From the IMG/VR virus record IMGVR_UViG_3300037317_000075, positions 1 through 32,235 of that record: a stretch of 32,235 nt of DNA. The stretch is one strand, 5' to 3'. Each line of letters begins with the position of its first letter. The stretch's first letter is position 1. Below are positions 22,806 through 30,260 of the stretch, in pieces. The DNA is from a virus. The notes beneath the pieces are model-generated. The model made no database searches. It was given only the letters and a program-made list of their open reading frames with translations, and was not told the DNA's origin. Position numbers and translations under genes: made by a program.

Positions 22806-22864
22806 GCTGTTACTCCCTTCGTGTTTGCTCTGGCGCGCCGCCATCGCTCTTTCTGACACTTCTT

Positions 22865-22893
22865 ATTGTACCTCGTTTGTCGCAAGGCATCAA
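22865..22893 (-). promoter_or_regulatory. Class I promoter P10 (TTGATG-17-TACAAT)
   Basis: The - strand reads TTGATG CCTTGCGACAAACGAGG TACAAT. Confidence 0.55.
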
Positions 22894-22954
22894 GGTTGTG
22901 TGCGGTTTTTGCGATGATGGCCCCGGCAGCGCTGCCGGGGCCGGGCGGTGCCAG

Positions 22955-23299
22955 CTACCACCGACAATGTCTATCAAGGTAGCGCAGTGGCTTGACCTGG
23001 AAGCCGTGATAGGTGCCATCGGCGTCGCGCTGGTCTTCAAAGGCAACACACGACGTTCCTGACTCGAACAGGCCCACGCTCACGAACCGCATCGCACACC
23101 ACGACTCCAGCCCGCTGGGGCTCACACCGAGCTCCTGTGCATAAGCGGTAAACGCTGCCCGCGCCTGCTGCGCGGCGTCGTTGCTCCGAAGTCCCTCCCA
23201 AAAAAGCATCTGCCCATAGAGCATCACAACCGTGCGACGCACGACCTCATCAGCCTCAGCCAGCGGGCCCTGCACGTCTGCATCATTCCATTCCATCAT
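22955..23299 (-). CDS. Hypothetical early protein (114 aa)
   Basis: ATG at 23299 is preceded by ACGAAGGGAGCAAC. The hairpin ggccccggcagcgctgccggggcc (22918-22941) follows. Confidence 0.6.
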   Translation of the reverse strand: MMEWNDADVQGPLAEADEVVRRTVVMLYGQMLFWEGLRSNDAAQQARAAFTAYAQELGVSPSGLESWCAMRFVSVGLFESGTSCVAFEDQRDADGTYHGFQVKPLRYLDRHCRW

Positions 23300-23358
23300 G
23301 CTGTTGCTCCCTTCGTGTCTGCTCTGGCGCGTTGCCAAAGCTCTTTCTGACACTTCTT

Positions 23359-23387
23359 ATTGTATCTCGTTTGTCGCGTGCCGTCAA
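23359..23387 (-). promoter_or_regulatory. Class I promoter P11 (TTGACG-17-TACAAT), leftward member of the divergent pair
   Basis: The - strand reads TTGACG GCACGCGACAAACGAGA TACAAT. Confidence 0.65.
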
Positions 23388-23444
23388 TGGTTTATGCTGG
23401 TTTTGCGATAATGTACCCCGGGGCCACAACACTCAGGTCACACC

Positions 23445-23473
23445 TTGACACCTAACGATAAACGAGGTACACT
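23445..23473 (+). promoter_or_regulatory. Class I promoter P12 (TTGACA-17-TACACT), rightward
   Basis: The + strand reads TTGACA CCTAACGATAAACGAGG TACACT, 45 nt upstream of the 23518 ATG. Confidence 0.65.
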
Positions 23474-23517
23474 AAGGCATAGCAGACGTATACTGATAGA
23501 CACACGGAGAGCAGAGC

Positions 23518-24429
23518 ATGGACGACCTGAACGAATTAGCGCAAGAACTGCGCGACCGGGACTATCCCTACTCGCTGCGCGAACTGAGACGACTTCAGAG
23601 CAGCAAGCGACTAGGAAGGGCCACGACACAAAACAAAGCCGACCGCATTGTAAAGGGCTTGCTGCCGCTGCCTGCATCACAAGCATCAGCAGTCAAGCAT
23701 TTGAGCGACATGCCAGGGCAAGGCGAGGACTATCGCCCTGCGCTGCAAGCAACACAGTATCTCAACAGGCATGGCATCTATCTAGGGCTTCGGGCGGTGC
23801 GTGACGAGTGTTACGCAGGGAAACGAGGGGCATTCCCCGGCGCCCGGTTTTGGTATCAAAAAGGCTGGTACATCCCCCAGCACGAACTTGATGCATTTAT
23901 CGAACAACACGGCAAGCGCGACGCCCATGCCGCCACATCAGAAGACATGATACTGTTAACCGAGTTGGCCCGCAGGCTCTATGAAACCGGGAATCACATC
24001 TCATATCCAACATTGAAACACTATGCACAGCAGGGCTTCCTGCCAGCGACCAAAGCAGAAGGCAAGTGGTGGGTTCCTGCTGAAACAGTTGAGCAGATTA
24101 TGCAAGGCGAACTGGTCATTCAGCGCAAAAAGAACAGCGTTCCGAAACCACCGTCGAAAATGAAAGACCGGATACCCGAAGACTATCTGAGCGCAGCTGA
24201 TGCTCGACAGGAACTCGGCGTGAGCCGACAACGATTCCATCAAATTGTCAAAGACAAGGGCATCCGCCGTAGTCAGATTCCTGGCACCAGGATGTATTGC
24301 TACCATGCCGAGGATGTCGAGCGGGAAGCGGCAGCGCTGGCAGACAGAGCGGCACGCGAAAAAATCCGCCAGGCATGGCACGCAGCCGAGGCCCATGCCG
24401 ACGAAGAATCCGAGCTCAAGCCGAGCTAA
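23518..24429 (+). CDS. DNA-binding protein with several MerR/excisionase-like HTH repeats; candidate early regulator
   Basis: 303 aa. Three similar segments (YSLRELRRL.., ILLTELARRLYETGNHISYPTLKHYAQQG.LPA.K..GKWWVP, LSAADARQELGVSRQRFHQIVKDKGI) resemble HTH_17-type motifs. It is visibly less GC-rich than its neighbours. Confidence 0.55.
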   Translation: MDDLNELAQELRDRDYPYSLRELRRLQSSKRLGRATTQNKADRIVKGLLPLPASQASAVKHLSDMPGQGEDYRPALQATQYLNRHGIYLGLRAVRDECYAGKRGAFPGARFWYQKGWYIPQHELDAFIEQHGKRDAHAATSEDMILLTELARRLYETGNHISYPTLKHYAQQGFLPATKAEGKWWVPAETVEQIMQGELVIQRKKNSVPKPPSKMKDRIPEDYLSAADARQELGVSRQRFHQIVKDKGIRRSQIPGTRMYCYHAEDVEREAAALADRAAREKIRQAWHAAEAHADEESELKPS

Positions 24430-24436
24430 CGCCTCG

Positions 24437-24470
24437 ACCGCACCGTTCTTATCGGTGCGGTTCCTTTGTT
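24437..24470 (+). terminator. Intrinsic terminator after the HTH gene
   Basis: ACCGCACCG-TTCTTAT-CGGTGCGGT is followed by TCCTTTGTT. Confidence 0.65.
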
Positions 24471-24474
24471 AACC

Positions 24475-24503
24475 TTGACGAAACGCGATAAACGAGGTAT
24501 ACT
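24475..24503 (+). promoter_or_regulatory. Class I promoter P13 (TTGACG-17-TATACT), rightward
   Basis: The + strand reads TTGACG AAACGCGATAAACGAGG TATACT. Confidence 0.65.
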
Positions 24504-24565
24504 AGAGATAACTGAGAAAGAGAGCGGTGGCAAAAGGGCTCCGCCGATAGTCAGGGAGTAACAGC

Positions 24566-24979
24566 ATGGCACGCGCCCCCAAAGGTGGTACAACAGGCAG
24601 GAACGGCGAACGCTACGAAGGAGGGCAGTTCCTCCCCAGTAGTGCCGACACGGTGAAGGGCTCGACGCACAGCGGTCGCAAGGATGCAGGGCGCAACCGG
24701 GGCTCTCGCAAGGTACGGGTCAGCCCGTTCAAGTGGACGCTGCCACCGAGTGTCTATCATCGCGCTATCTATCGGCATGCTGGCACTGGTATCACGCCAG
24801 AACGCGACGCAAGCGGCTGGATTGACAGCGAGGCCCCTGTGCTGGTCGGCTGTCCTGGCATTCGGCTCTACGACGAAAACCGAGCCTATTGGGACGAGCT
24901 CGTCGAAGCATTCAATGCCGGATATCGCTGGGAAGTCTACGATGCCGAGATTGGTGGCGACCGAATCCGTTTCGAGTAA
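24566..24979 (+). CDS. Hypothetical protein (137 aa), basic disordered N-terminus
   Basis: ATG is preceded by AGGGAGTAACAGC. No family recognised. Confidence 0.55.
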   Translation: MARAPKGGTTGRNGERYEGGQFLPSSADTVKGSTHSGRKDAGRNRGSRKVRVSPFKWTLPPSVYHRAIYRHAGTGITPERDASGWIDSEAPVLVGCPGIRLYDENRAYWDELVEAFNAGYRWEVYDAEIGGDRIRFE

Positions 24980-24988
24980 TGGTATACT
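24980..24988 (+). promoter_or_regulatory. Extended -10 promoter (TGGTATACT)
   Basis: The + strand reads TGGTATACT right after the stop of the preceding gene. It is followed by the hairpin GGGGGCAG-GGGGTT-CTGCCCCC (24993-25014) and the ACGAAGGGAGCAAC RBS block. Confidence 0.4.
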
Positions 24989-25044
24989 GAGTGGGGGCAG
25001 GGGGTTCTGCCCCCCCCACGAACCTACGAAGGGAGCAACCCGCA

Positions 25045-25674
25045 ATGACTGTCTTGAAGTTCCGAGAAGACTTGCCCCCCGAAGAACGCGACATGCTGCA
25101 ACTGGAAACCTGCGGCGCAGGGGTTGCTGCTTCGCGTGGGCGAGGCTGGACCCTGGTACACAACGGGGGCAAACGCTATGTCCTCTGTGCCAACAACCTG
25201 GCCCCTGACTATGACTCTCGCACCATAAGCATCTTCACCGCCGCGGGGCCCATCGACGCGACCACGATAGCCAACCGCATCATCGAAACCGACCTGCGCC
25301 CCGACCAGTTTGTCATCTGGCGCCGCATACGCAGGGGGGGAGCCGAGCACGATGTGCCGTGCCGCGTGGTCAGCATCAGCCCGGACCGCGTGCGCGTGCA
25401 GCCACTAGCTCAGGAAGGCGACGGCAGCGCAACGCGGAAGGCACGCGCCGTTCCCTACGAGCGCGTGCGCGCCATGCGCGTCGATGAATTGCGCGCCTGG
25501 GGGATTGCAACCGAAGAGACAATAACAAAGCGCGCCGAGCGGCAAGCGCGAGAAGACCAGCGCGCCGCGGCAGCGGCGACCCCTGCGCGCCCAGGAACCG
25601 ACGGATTAGCACCGATTATCACAGCACTTGCTGCACAGATGGAAGAAGCAGAGCAACAGCGAGGAGCCCCATGA
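25045..25674 (+). CDS. Hypothetical protein (209 aa)
   Basis: ATG at 25045 is preceded by ACGAAGGGAGCAACCCGCA. The track start at 24991 lies inside the hairpin. Confidence 0.55.
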   Translation: MTVLKFREDLPPEERDMLQLETCGAGVAASRGRGWTLVHNGGKRYVLCANNLAPDYDSRTISIFTAAGPIDATTIANRIIETDLRPDQFVIWRRIRRGGAEHDVPCRVVSISPDRVRVQPLAQEGDGSATRKARAVPYERVRAMRVDELRAWGIATEETITKRAERQAREDQRAAAAATPARPGTDGLAPIITALAAQMEEAEQQRGAP

Positions 25675-26366
25675 ACCGCAGCGACCAGGAAGAGCAGTAT
25701 ATCAATCACTGGCGCATCATTGGCACCATTATTGAGCCACCGAAGGAATTCCCGGCACTCGGCACCGAACCGGCCAGCATGCGCTGCATCATTCAAGACG
25801 ACGGCAACCCCGACCACCACATCACGCTGCGGTGGGACGACCCCGCCGAGTGGGACGCCGTAGCAGCCGAACTCCACGAAGGCAACCGGGTCTATGTCGA
25901 AGGAGCGCTGCAACTCTCCGTATTCACGCCGAAGGGGCAGGGCCGAACGCGCAAGTCTATCCTGTTCAATGTCGTTCGTCGCTGGCAGGTCGAGCCCCCC
26001 GACAACGCACTGAACGAACTGGTGCTGGTTGGGCGCCTGCGCTACGCCCCGGCTCGCGAATACATCGAATCCGCCGACCGGCTGAGCGCTCGGCTCGTCA
26101 TCGAATGGCCCGAAGAAAAACGAGGCAAGCAGCGCTATACCGTGGCGCAGGCGTATCTCTATGACGACCTGGCAGACGAAGCACTGCTCGCAATGGAAGA
26201 AGGCGATATGGTGTTCGTGGTCGGCCTGGCCTACCGCCACGTATGGGAAGAAGAAGGCAAGCACCGGGTCGTCGTGCAGGCATTCGAGGCAGGCATCGGC
26301 ATCGAAAACGAAGAACGGCTCTGGCAAACACAGATGCGCCTGCACGAACCCGCCGGTCAAATCTAG
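25671..26366 (+). CDS. SSB-like protein with two OB-fold-like halves
   Basis: 231 aa with an ATGA overlap with the upstream gene. Two similar halves are each built as N.(W/L).(I/L)(I/V)G.(I/L)......V.(V/G)(A/L) (INHWRIIGTI...RVYVEGAL and NELVLVGRL...MVFVVGLA). Confidence 0.45.
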   Translation: MNRSDQEEQYINHWRIIGTIIEPPKEFPALGTEPASMRCIIQDDGNPDHHITLRWDDPAEWDAVAAELHEGNRVYVEGALQLSVFTPKGQGRTRKSILFNVVRRWQVEPPDNALNELVLVGRLRYAPAREYIESADRLSARLVIEWPEEKRGKQRYTVAQAYLYDDLADEALLAMEEGDMVFVVGLAYRHVWEEEGKHRVVVQAFEAGIGIENEERLWQTQMRLHEPAGQI

Positions 26367-27829
26367 CATTCCAGGATGGCGCGCATGTGCCGCACGATAG
26401 CCTTGTGCCCATCCTGGTCACTCATCCACGTTCCACCAAGACCTCGCACCGTAGGCGCGCAGCCCCAATACTGCTCAGGCAATGGTCTGCCCAGCCAGCG
26501 CTGCGCTTCTTCGTGTTCCGTGCCTCCACCGTACAGGTGCAGCCTCCACGCATGCGCCGGTATCGATGTGCGCCCAGGTACTTCTGGCCGAGCCCACGCA
26601 TCAAACCCGAGCCCTTTCCGCCACCATTGCCCATCAAAGAACCAGCCATCTTCGTCAGGACGTTCGGCCTGTGGCGCTGCGCCGACCACGCCGATGCCTG
26701 CGGGATTGCGGAGGTTCTGCTCCGCATTGTCGGTGCGCTGGCTCCAAAATGAACTGAGGCAATCGGTTTCGTGCGCCATCTGCGCGGCCATCACCAGCGG
26801 GTTCACGCCGGTGCGCCGCGCCCAGGCAAACAGAGCAGGCACAATACCATACGCGATGTCATGTTCAGTGTATTCGCCGGTGGTGCGCTGAAGGAGATAT
26901 CTCGTCACCTGCTCCGGCGTGACGTTGTTCTCTCCCAGGATGGGCGTGTCCTCGCTGATGTGCTGCCCCGCCAGCGGCGATGCGTGCGCCTCCGGCACAA
27001 ATCCGCTGCCGTCAGCGAGCCAGAGCCAGGGCCCATTGCCTTTATCGACGATGGCGCCGACGACAACCTCGTCGCCAGGGTGCTTCTCAACGACCTGTAC
27101 CCCTCGTGATTGAGGAGCCTGCCGAACAGCCGTGGGCGCGTGGATAAGGTAGCGCACCGGCGGGTCGAGCAGGACTTCCCGGTGCCCGCCTTCAGGGGGG
27201 TCGGCCTCCGCTATCTTACGTGCCGCATACTCCTTGATGACGCCGATGTAGTAGGCATCCTCGATAGCATCGCCAGGGCAGCTCGGCTTGTTATAATCCC
27301 GATGGCTCGATATGCCCCCAGGCCCAACCGTATGGGCCAGCTCGAATGTGCCGAGCTTGCAGTACAATGCCCACACCGCTCCTGCGACGTTCGTTTCGAC
27401 TGCCAGGGGCCAGCGCTTTTCGCTGTAGTTCCCGACAACCTCAATACCGATGGAGTAATCTTTGCCGCCTTCAGGGATGTTGCCGTTGCCGCCTGCCGCG
27501 TGGATGCCCTGGTTATACATCGGCGTCATCAGCCAGACCCATCGCTCATCAATGAACAAATGCGGCCCCTTGCGCCAGCCCAGGCGCTCATAGAACGTCC
27601 GAATATTGAGCAGTTGTTCCAGTCGCTTGTGGTAGATGGCGTCTTCGCTGAGCCCGTCTTCGTTCGCGTCCCATAACCAGCCTCCATTGTTCGCATAGAC
27701 CGTTCCCGGCACGGCTGTGTGGTGCAGTATCACAAACGTGGGTGGCAGCGAACCGAACTGGTAGCTCTCGACGTAACGCTCGAACTCATAGAGCCGCAGC
27801 CCTCGCCCGATGCAAAGGAAGTCACTCAT
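26363..27829 (-). CDS. Endolysin: N-terminal N-acetylmuramoyl-L-alanine amidase (Amidase_2/PGRP type) plus C-terminal glucosaminidase-like domain
   Basis: The amidase signatures are ILHHTA...GPHLFID...SIGIEVVGNY...SHRDYNKPSCPG. The C-terminal NPLVMAAQMAHETD resembles the glucosaminidase/LytD motif. ATG at 27829 overlaps the holin-like stop. Confidence 0.8.
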   Translation of the reverse strand: MSDFLCIGRGLRLYEFERYVESYQFGSLPPTFVILHHTAVPGTVYANNGGWLWDANEDGLSEDAIYHKRLEQLLNIRTFYERLGWRKGPHLFIDERWVWLMTPMYNQGIHAAGGNGNIPEGGKDYSIGIEVVGNYSEKRWPLAVETNVAGAVWALYCKLGTFELAHTVGPGGISSHRDYNKPSCPGDAIEDAYYIGVIKEYAARKIAEADPPEGGHREVLLDPPVRYLIHAPTAVRQAPQSRGVQVVEKHPGDEVVVGAIVDKGNGPWLWLADGSGFVPEAHASPLAGQHISEDTPILGENNVTPEQVTRYLLQRTTGEYTEHDIAYGIVPALFAWARRTGVNPLVMAAQMAHETDCLSSFWSQRTDNAEQNLRNPAGIGVVGAAPQAERPDEDGWFFDGQWWRKGLGFDAWARPEVPGRTSIPAHAWRLHLYGGGTEHEEAQRWLGRPLPEQYWGCAPTVRGLGGTWMSDQDGHKAIVRHMRAILEC

Positions 27830-28283
27830 AGTCGGCTTCCCCCCCAGGCGCGGCCAACTGTGCCTTCGCCTGCTTTGGATAGTCATGCACAAACTGACTC
27901 ACCAGATAGGTCAGGCCCCCCGATAGCACGACCCATATGGAGTATTCCCCGGCGACAACGAGCGCCAGCACTGCGTTCGCGGCGGTGCCGAGTACGATGC
28001 TCAGCACCGCCTGCGCCGTCTTCGGCGCGAACTTGCGAATGTAGAACGTTTCGCCGTAGGTTTCGATGCCGCGCAGCCAATACCATAGCCACTTGCGCCA
28101 TCGCGGGGAGGCAAGGTATTCGTTGGGCGTTCGGGGCCAGGGCACAAAGTTCTTGAGCCAGTCAAAGAGACGGCTCGCAGGCCAGCCCGTTGCCATCGCA
28201 GTCGCAGCATAGGCCAGGAGCATCATTGTATCGGCATAGGGGTCGGTCGGTACGGGAACGCTATTCCATTCAGGCCCAATCAT
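27822..28283 (-). CDS. Holin-like membrane protein
   Basis: 153 aa from ATG 28283 (GAGAGGAAGACG upstream). It has at least three hydrophobic segments and sits directly upstream of the endolysin. Confidence 0.5.
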   Translation of the reverse strand: MIGPEWNSVPVPTDPYADTMMLLAYAATAMATGWPASRLFDWLKNFVPWPRTPNEYLASPRWRKWLWYWLRGIETYGETFYIRKFAPKTAQAVLSIVLGTAANAVLALVVAGEYSIWVVLSGGLTYLVSQFVHDYPKQAKAQLAAPGGEADYE

Positions 28284-28815
28284 CGTCTTCCTCTCTTTCT
28301 CTCCTGAGTACAGGTGTGTCGCCTTCGTTCCTGCCCAGGAACTCACTCGGCGGGTCTTCGTCGGTCAGTGCCCGAAACCGGGCAAGTTCAGCGCGTTGTT
28401 CATCGAATTTTTGCTGGAGCGCTTTGTAGTCCAGGTACAATTGCCGAGACTGTACACGGAACTCGTGATGCCGCATCGACAACTCGTTGTGCTGTTCGCG
28501 CCACTTGTCTATCTCGGATTCCAACTCATCGACGTGTTTGCGATGCGCGGCACGCAGGTCATTCATCTCAGCGATGTGCGCTCGGTAGTCAGCGCGCATC
28601 TGCTTCAATTGCTCAAATGTCTCATTGAGCGCTCGTACTGCACTGTCCGATTCCGTCGCGCTCGTGCTGACGCGCGTCTGCTCAGCTTCGAGCTCCCGCT
28701 GCCGCCCACGCGCAACCCACCCCACAGCGCCTCCGGTAAGGCTTAGTATTGCTGTGATAATGGCACCGCCGGTTGTGACTATCGTGGTGAAATGTTCCTG
28801 GAAGAATTCGTCCAC
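28270..28815 (-). CDS. Membrane-anchored coiled-coil protein (lysis-module associated)
   Basis: GTG start with GAGG upstream. The N-terminal TM segment is TIVTTGGAIITAILSLTGGAVGWV, followed by a long charged heptad region. Confidence 0.5.
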   Translation of the reverse strand: MDEFFQEHFTTIVTTGGAIITAILSLTGGAVGWVARGRQRELEAEQTRVSTSATESDSAVRALNETFEQLKQMRADYRAHIAEMNDLRAAHRKHVDELESEIDKWREQHNELSMRHHEFRVQSRQLYLDYKALQQKFDEQRAELARFRALTDEDPPSEFLGRNEGDTPVLRREREEDDDWA

Positions 28816-28829
28816 GGCGCCTCAATGAG

Positions 28830-29405
28830 TCAGGTTGGGTAGTGCCTCGATGCAAGGACGCGCACGCCGAACACCTGACCATTCCGCAACGCGGCAATGT
28901 CCAGGCGCCAGGGGCCATGCGGTGTCGGCACAACCATATCGGTGTGCTCTCCGGCCAGCGCCGCCTCATACGCCGCAACGACCTCCGGCTGCGCCAGTAC
29001 GGTTGTGGTCTGTTTGATAGACATCCCGACCTGGCGCGCAGACAACGAAAATGCCCGCGACTCAGCGCCGCCAATAGCAATGACATGCAGCGTTGTGTCC
29101 AGGCAAATCAGAGCAACATGCGGTATCTGCTCTATTGCGAGCTCTAGCATATGAACGTGCTGAAGCAGCTCCGATTCGGTCTGCATCAAATTGCGCTGCT
29201 CAGTCACAACCGCTGCAAGCTGCTCATCAACGCGCCGGTGCATCTCTCCGAGCTCTCTGTGCCGCATGCCGCGCCCAATGACCAGCACCGCTATCGGCGT
29301 CGCCACAGAGAGCAAGAAGGCAACAACTGCGAGGAATAAAATTGGATAATACAGTGTATCCATACAACTCAAGGGGCGCCCGGTGATGTCCCTTTGCCGG
29401 GTCAC
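28830..29405 (-). CDS. Membrane protein with a C-terminal globular (PAS-like?) domain
   Basis: The TM segment is YYPILFLAVVAFLLSVATPIAVLVIG. The start is uncertain (GTG 29405 or ATG 29363). Confidence 0.45.
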   Translation of the reverse strand: MTRQRDITGRPLSCMDTLYYPILFLAVVAFLLSVATPIAVLVIGRGMRHRELGEMHRRVDEQLAAVVTEQRNLMQTESELLQHVHMLELAIEQIPHVALICLDTTLHVIAIGGAESRAFSLSARQVGMSIKQTTTVLAQPEVVAAYEAALAGEHTDMVVPTPHGPWRLDIAALRNGQVFGVRVLASRHYPT

Positions 29406-29417
29406 TGTCCCGTCAGC

Positions 29418-29426
29418 AGTATAGCA
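29418..29426 (-). promoter_or_regulatory. Extended -10 promoter (TGCTATACT) upstream of the membrane/lysis genes
   Basis: The - strand reads GGCGTGCTATACTGC. Confidence 0.4.
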
Positions 29427-29443
29427 CGCCTGCGGTGGTCACG

Positions 29444-29668
29444 CTATTCCTGGTGCGTGGTGCGGGAGCGCATATCGCGCAGGACGCGCTGTGCAATGCG
29501 CTCTGTGAGACGGTAGTATTCGAGCACGACGCTCACATCGTCGCGCAGGGGGCCAATTGCGACGATGGCCTCAAGTTCCCCAAGCTCAGCGTCGTTCAGG
29601 GGCCGGGCCTGGTTCAACCGCTGGTGCACAGCGGCAGGCTTCCGTTGGGTCAGGGGCTTACGTGACAC
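29444..29668 (-). CDS. Small hypothetical protein (74 aa)
   Basis: GTG at 29668 overlaps the upstream stop by 11 nt. Only the C-terminal part of the 29444..29854 track ORF is non-overlapping. Confidence 0.35.
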   Translation of the reverse strand: MSRKPLTQRKPAAVHQRLNQARPLNDAELGELEAIVAIGPLRDDVSVVLEYYRLTERIAQRVLRDMRSRTTHQE

Positions 29669-30260
29669 GGCGCGCAACCTTGCAATAAAGCAGAAAAACC
29701 TTGTAAAGCGGCAACGCGGCCAGGTCCATCTGCATCTCTTCGACCGCTGTGTACCCTTCGTCGCGCCACATCTGCCAGAGCCCTGCTGAGAGCCAGTCAT
29801 AGGCTCCGGCCATGTAGCGCGCTTCCAAATAGTCAGCGTAGAGCTGGTTGTCAATGCGGTCGCGGATGAGCTTCAGTACCAGCGAGTACGCAGCGGCATA
29901 GCTCCGCACATCCAGCGGGGGCTGACCATACATAGCGCGGATGCCTGCGTCTGTTTCGAGCTTGAACCGCTTCGCGATGCCGCGCTCCTGCTCCGCATAC
30001 TCCTGGGCCAGCTTCGCCCAGGCGATGCGCGCCGAGGCCGCGTGCCCCAGGCGCGTCAGCACGTCTTCGTGCCCCTTCTGCAACGCAATATCCGCGGCTT
30101 TGCGTTCGCCAGCGAACGGGGCGCTGCCCAGGGTGCTCTCTTCGCGCCAGCGGTCGGACAGGGCAATGTAGAGCCGCTGCGCTCGCACTCGCGGCGTGGC
30201 CTGCTGCTGCTGAGGCTTCCCGCGCTGCCGGGCGCGGGGCGGGGGTGGTGCGTTGGTCAT
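29658..30260 (-). CDS. Hypothetical protein (200 aa)
   Basis: ATG at 30260 forms ATGA with the stop of the PAPS-reductase-like gene. Confidence 0.55.
   Translation of the reverse strand: MTNAPPPPRARQRGKPQQQQATPRVRAQRLYIALSDRWREESTLGSAPFAGERKAADIALQKGHEDVLTRLGHAASARIAWAKLAQEYAEQERGIAKRFKLETDAGIRAMYGQPPLDVRSYAAAYSLVLKLIRDRIDNQLYADYLEARYMAGAYDWLSAGLWQMWRDEGYTAVEEMQMDLAALPLYKVFLLYCKVARRVT

Noticed and set aside
17687-23062. A recurrent peptide motif (L(T/I)LLIVPRLS..VK..C..CDD) in many + strand ORFs, which could suggest a paralogous small-protein family
   Set aside because: It is the + strand translation of the repeated - strand promoter and upstream block. The ORFs lack RBSs and overlap real - strand genes.
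25455-26369. The 304-aa - strand ORF antisense to the rightward operon
   Set aside because: Its composition looks like noise (F/H/C-rich). It has no RBS and no motif. The + strand ORFs have RBS blocks, ATGA coupling and recognisable features.
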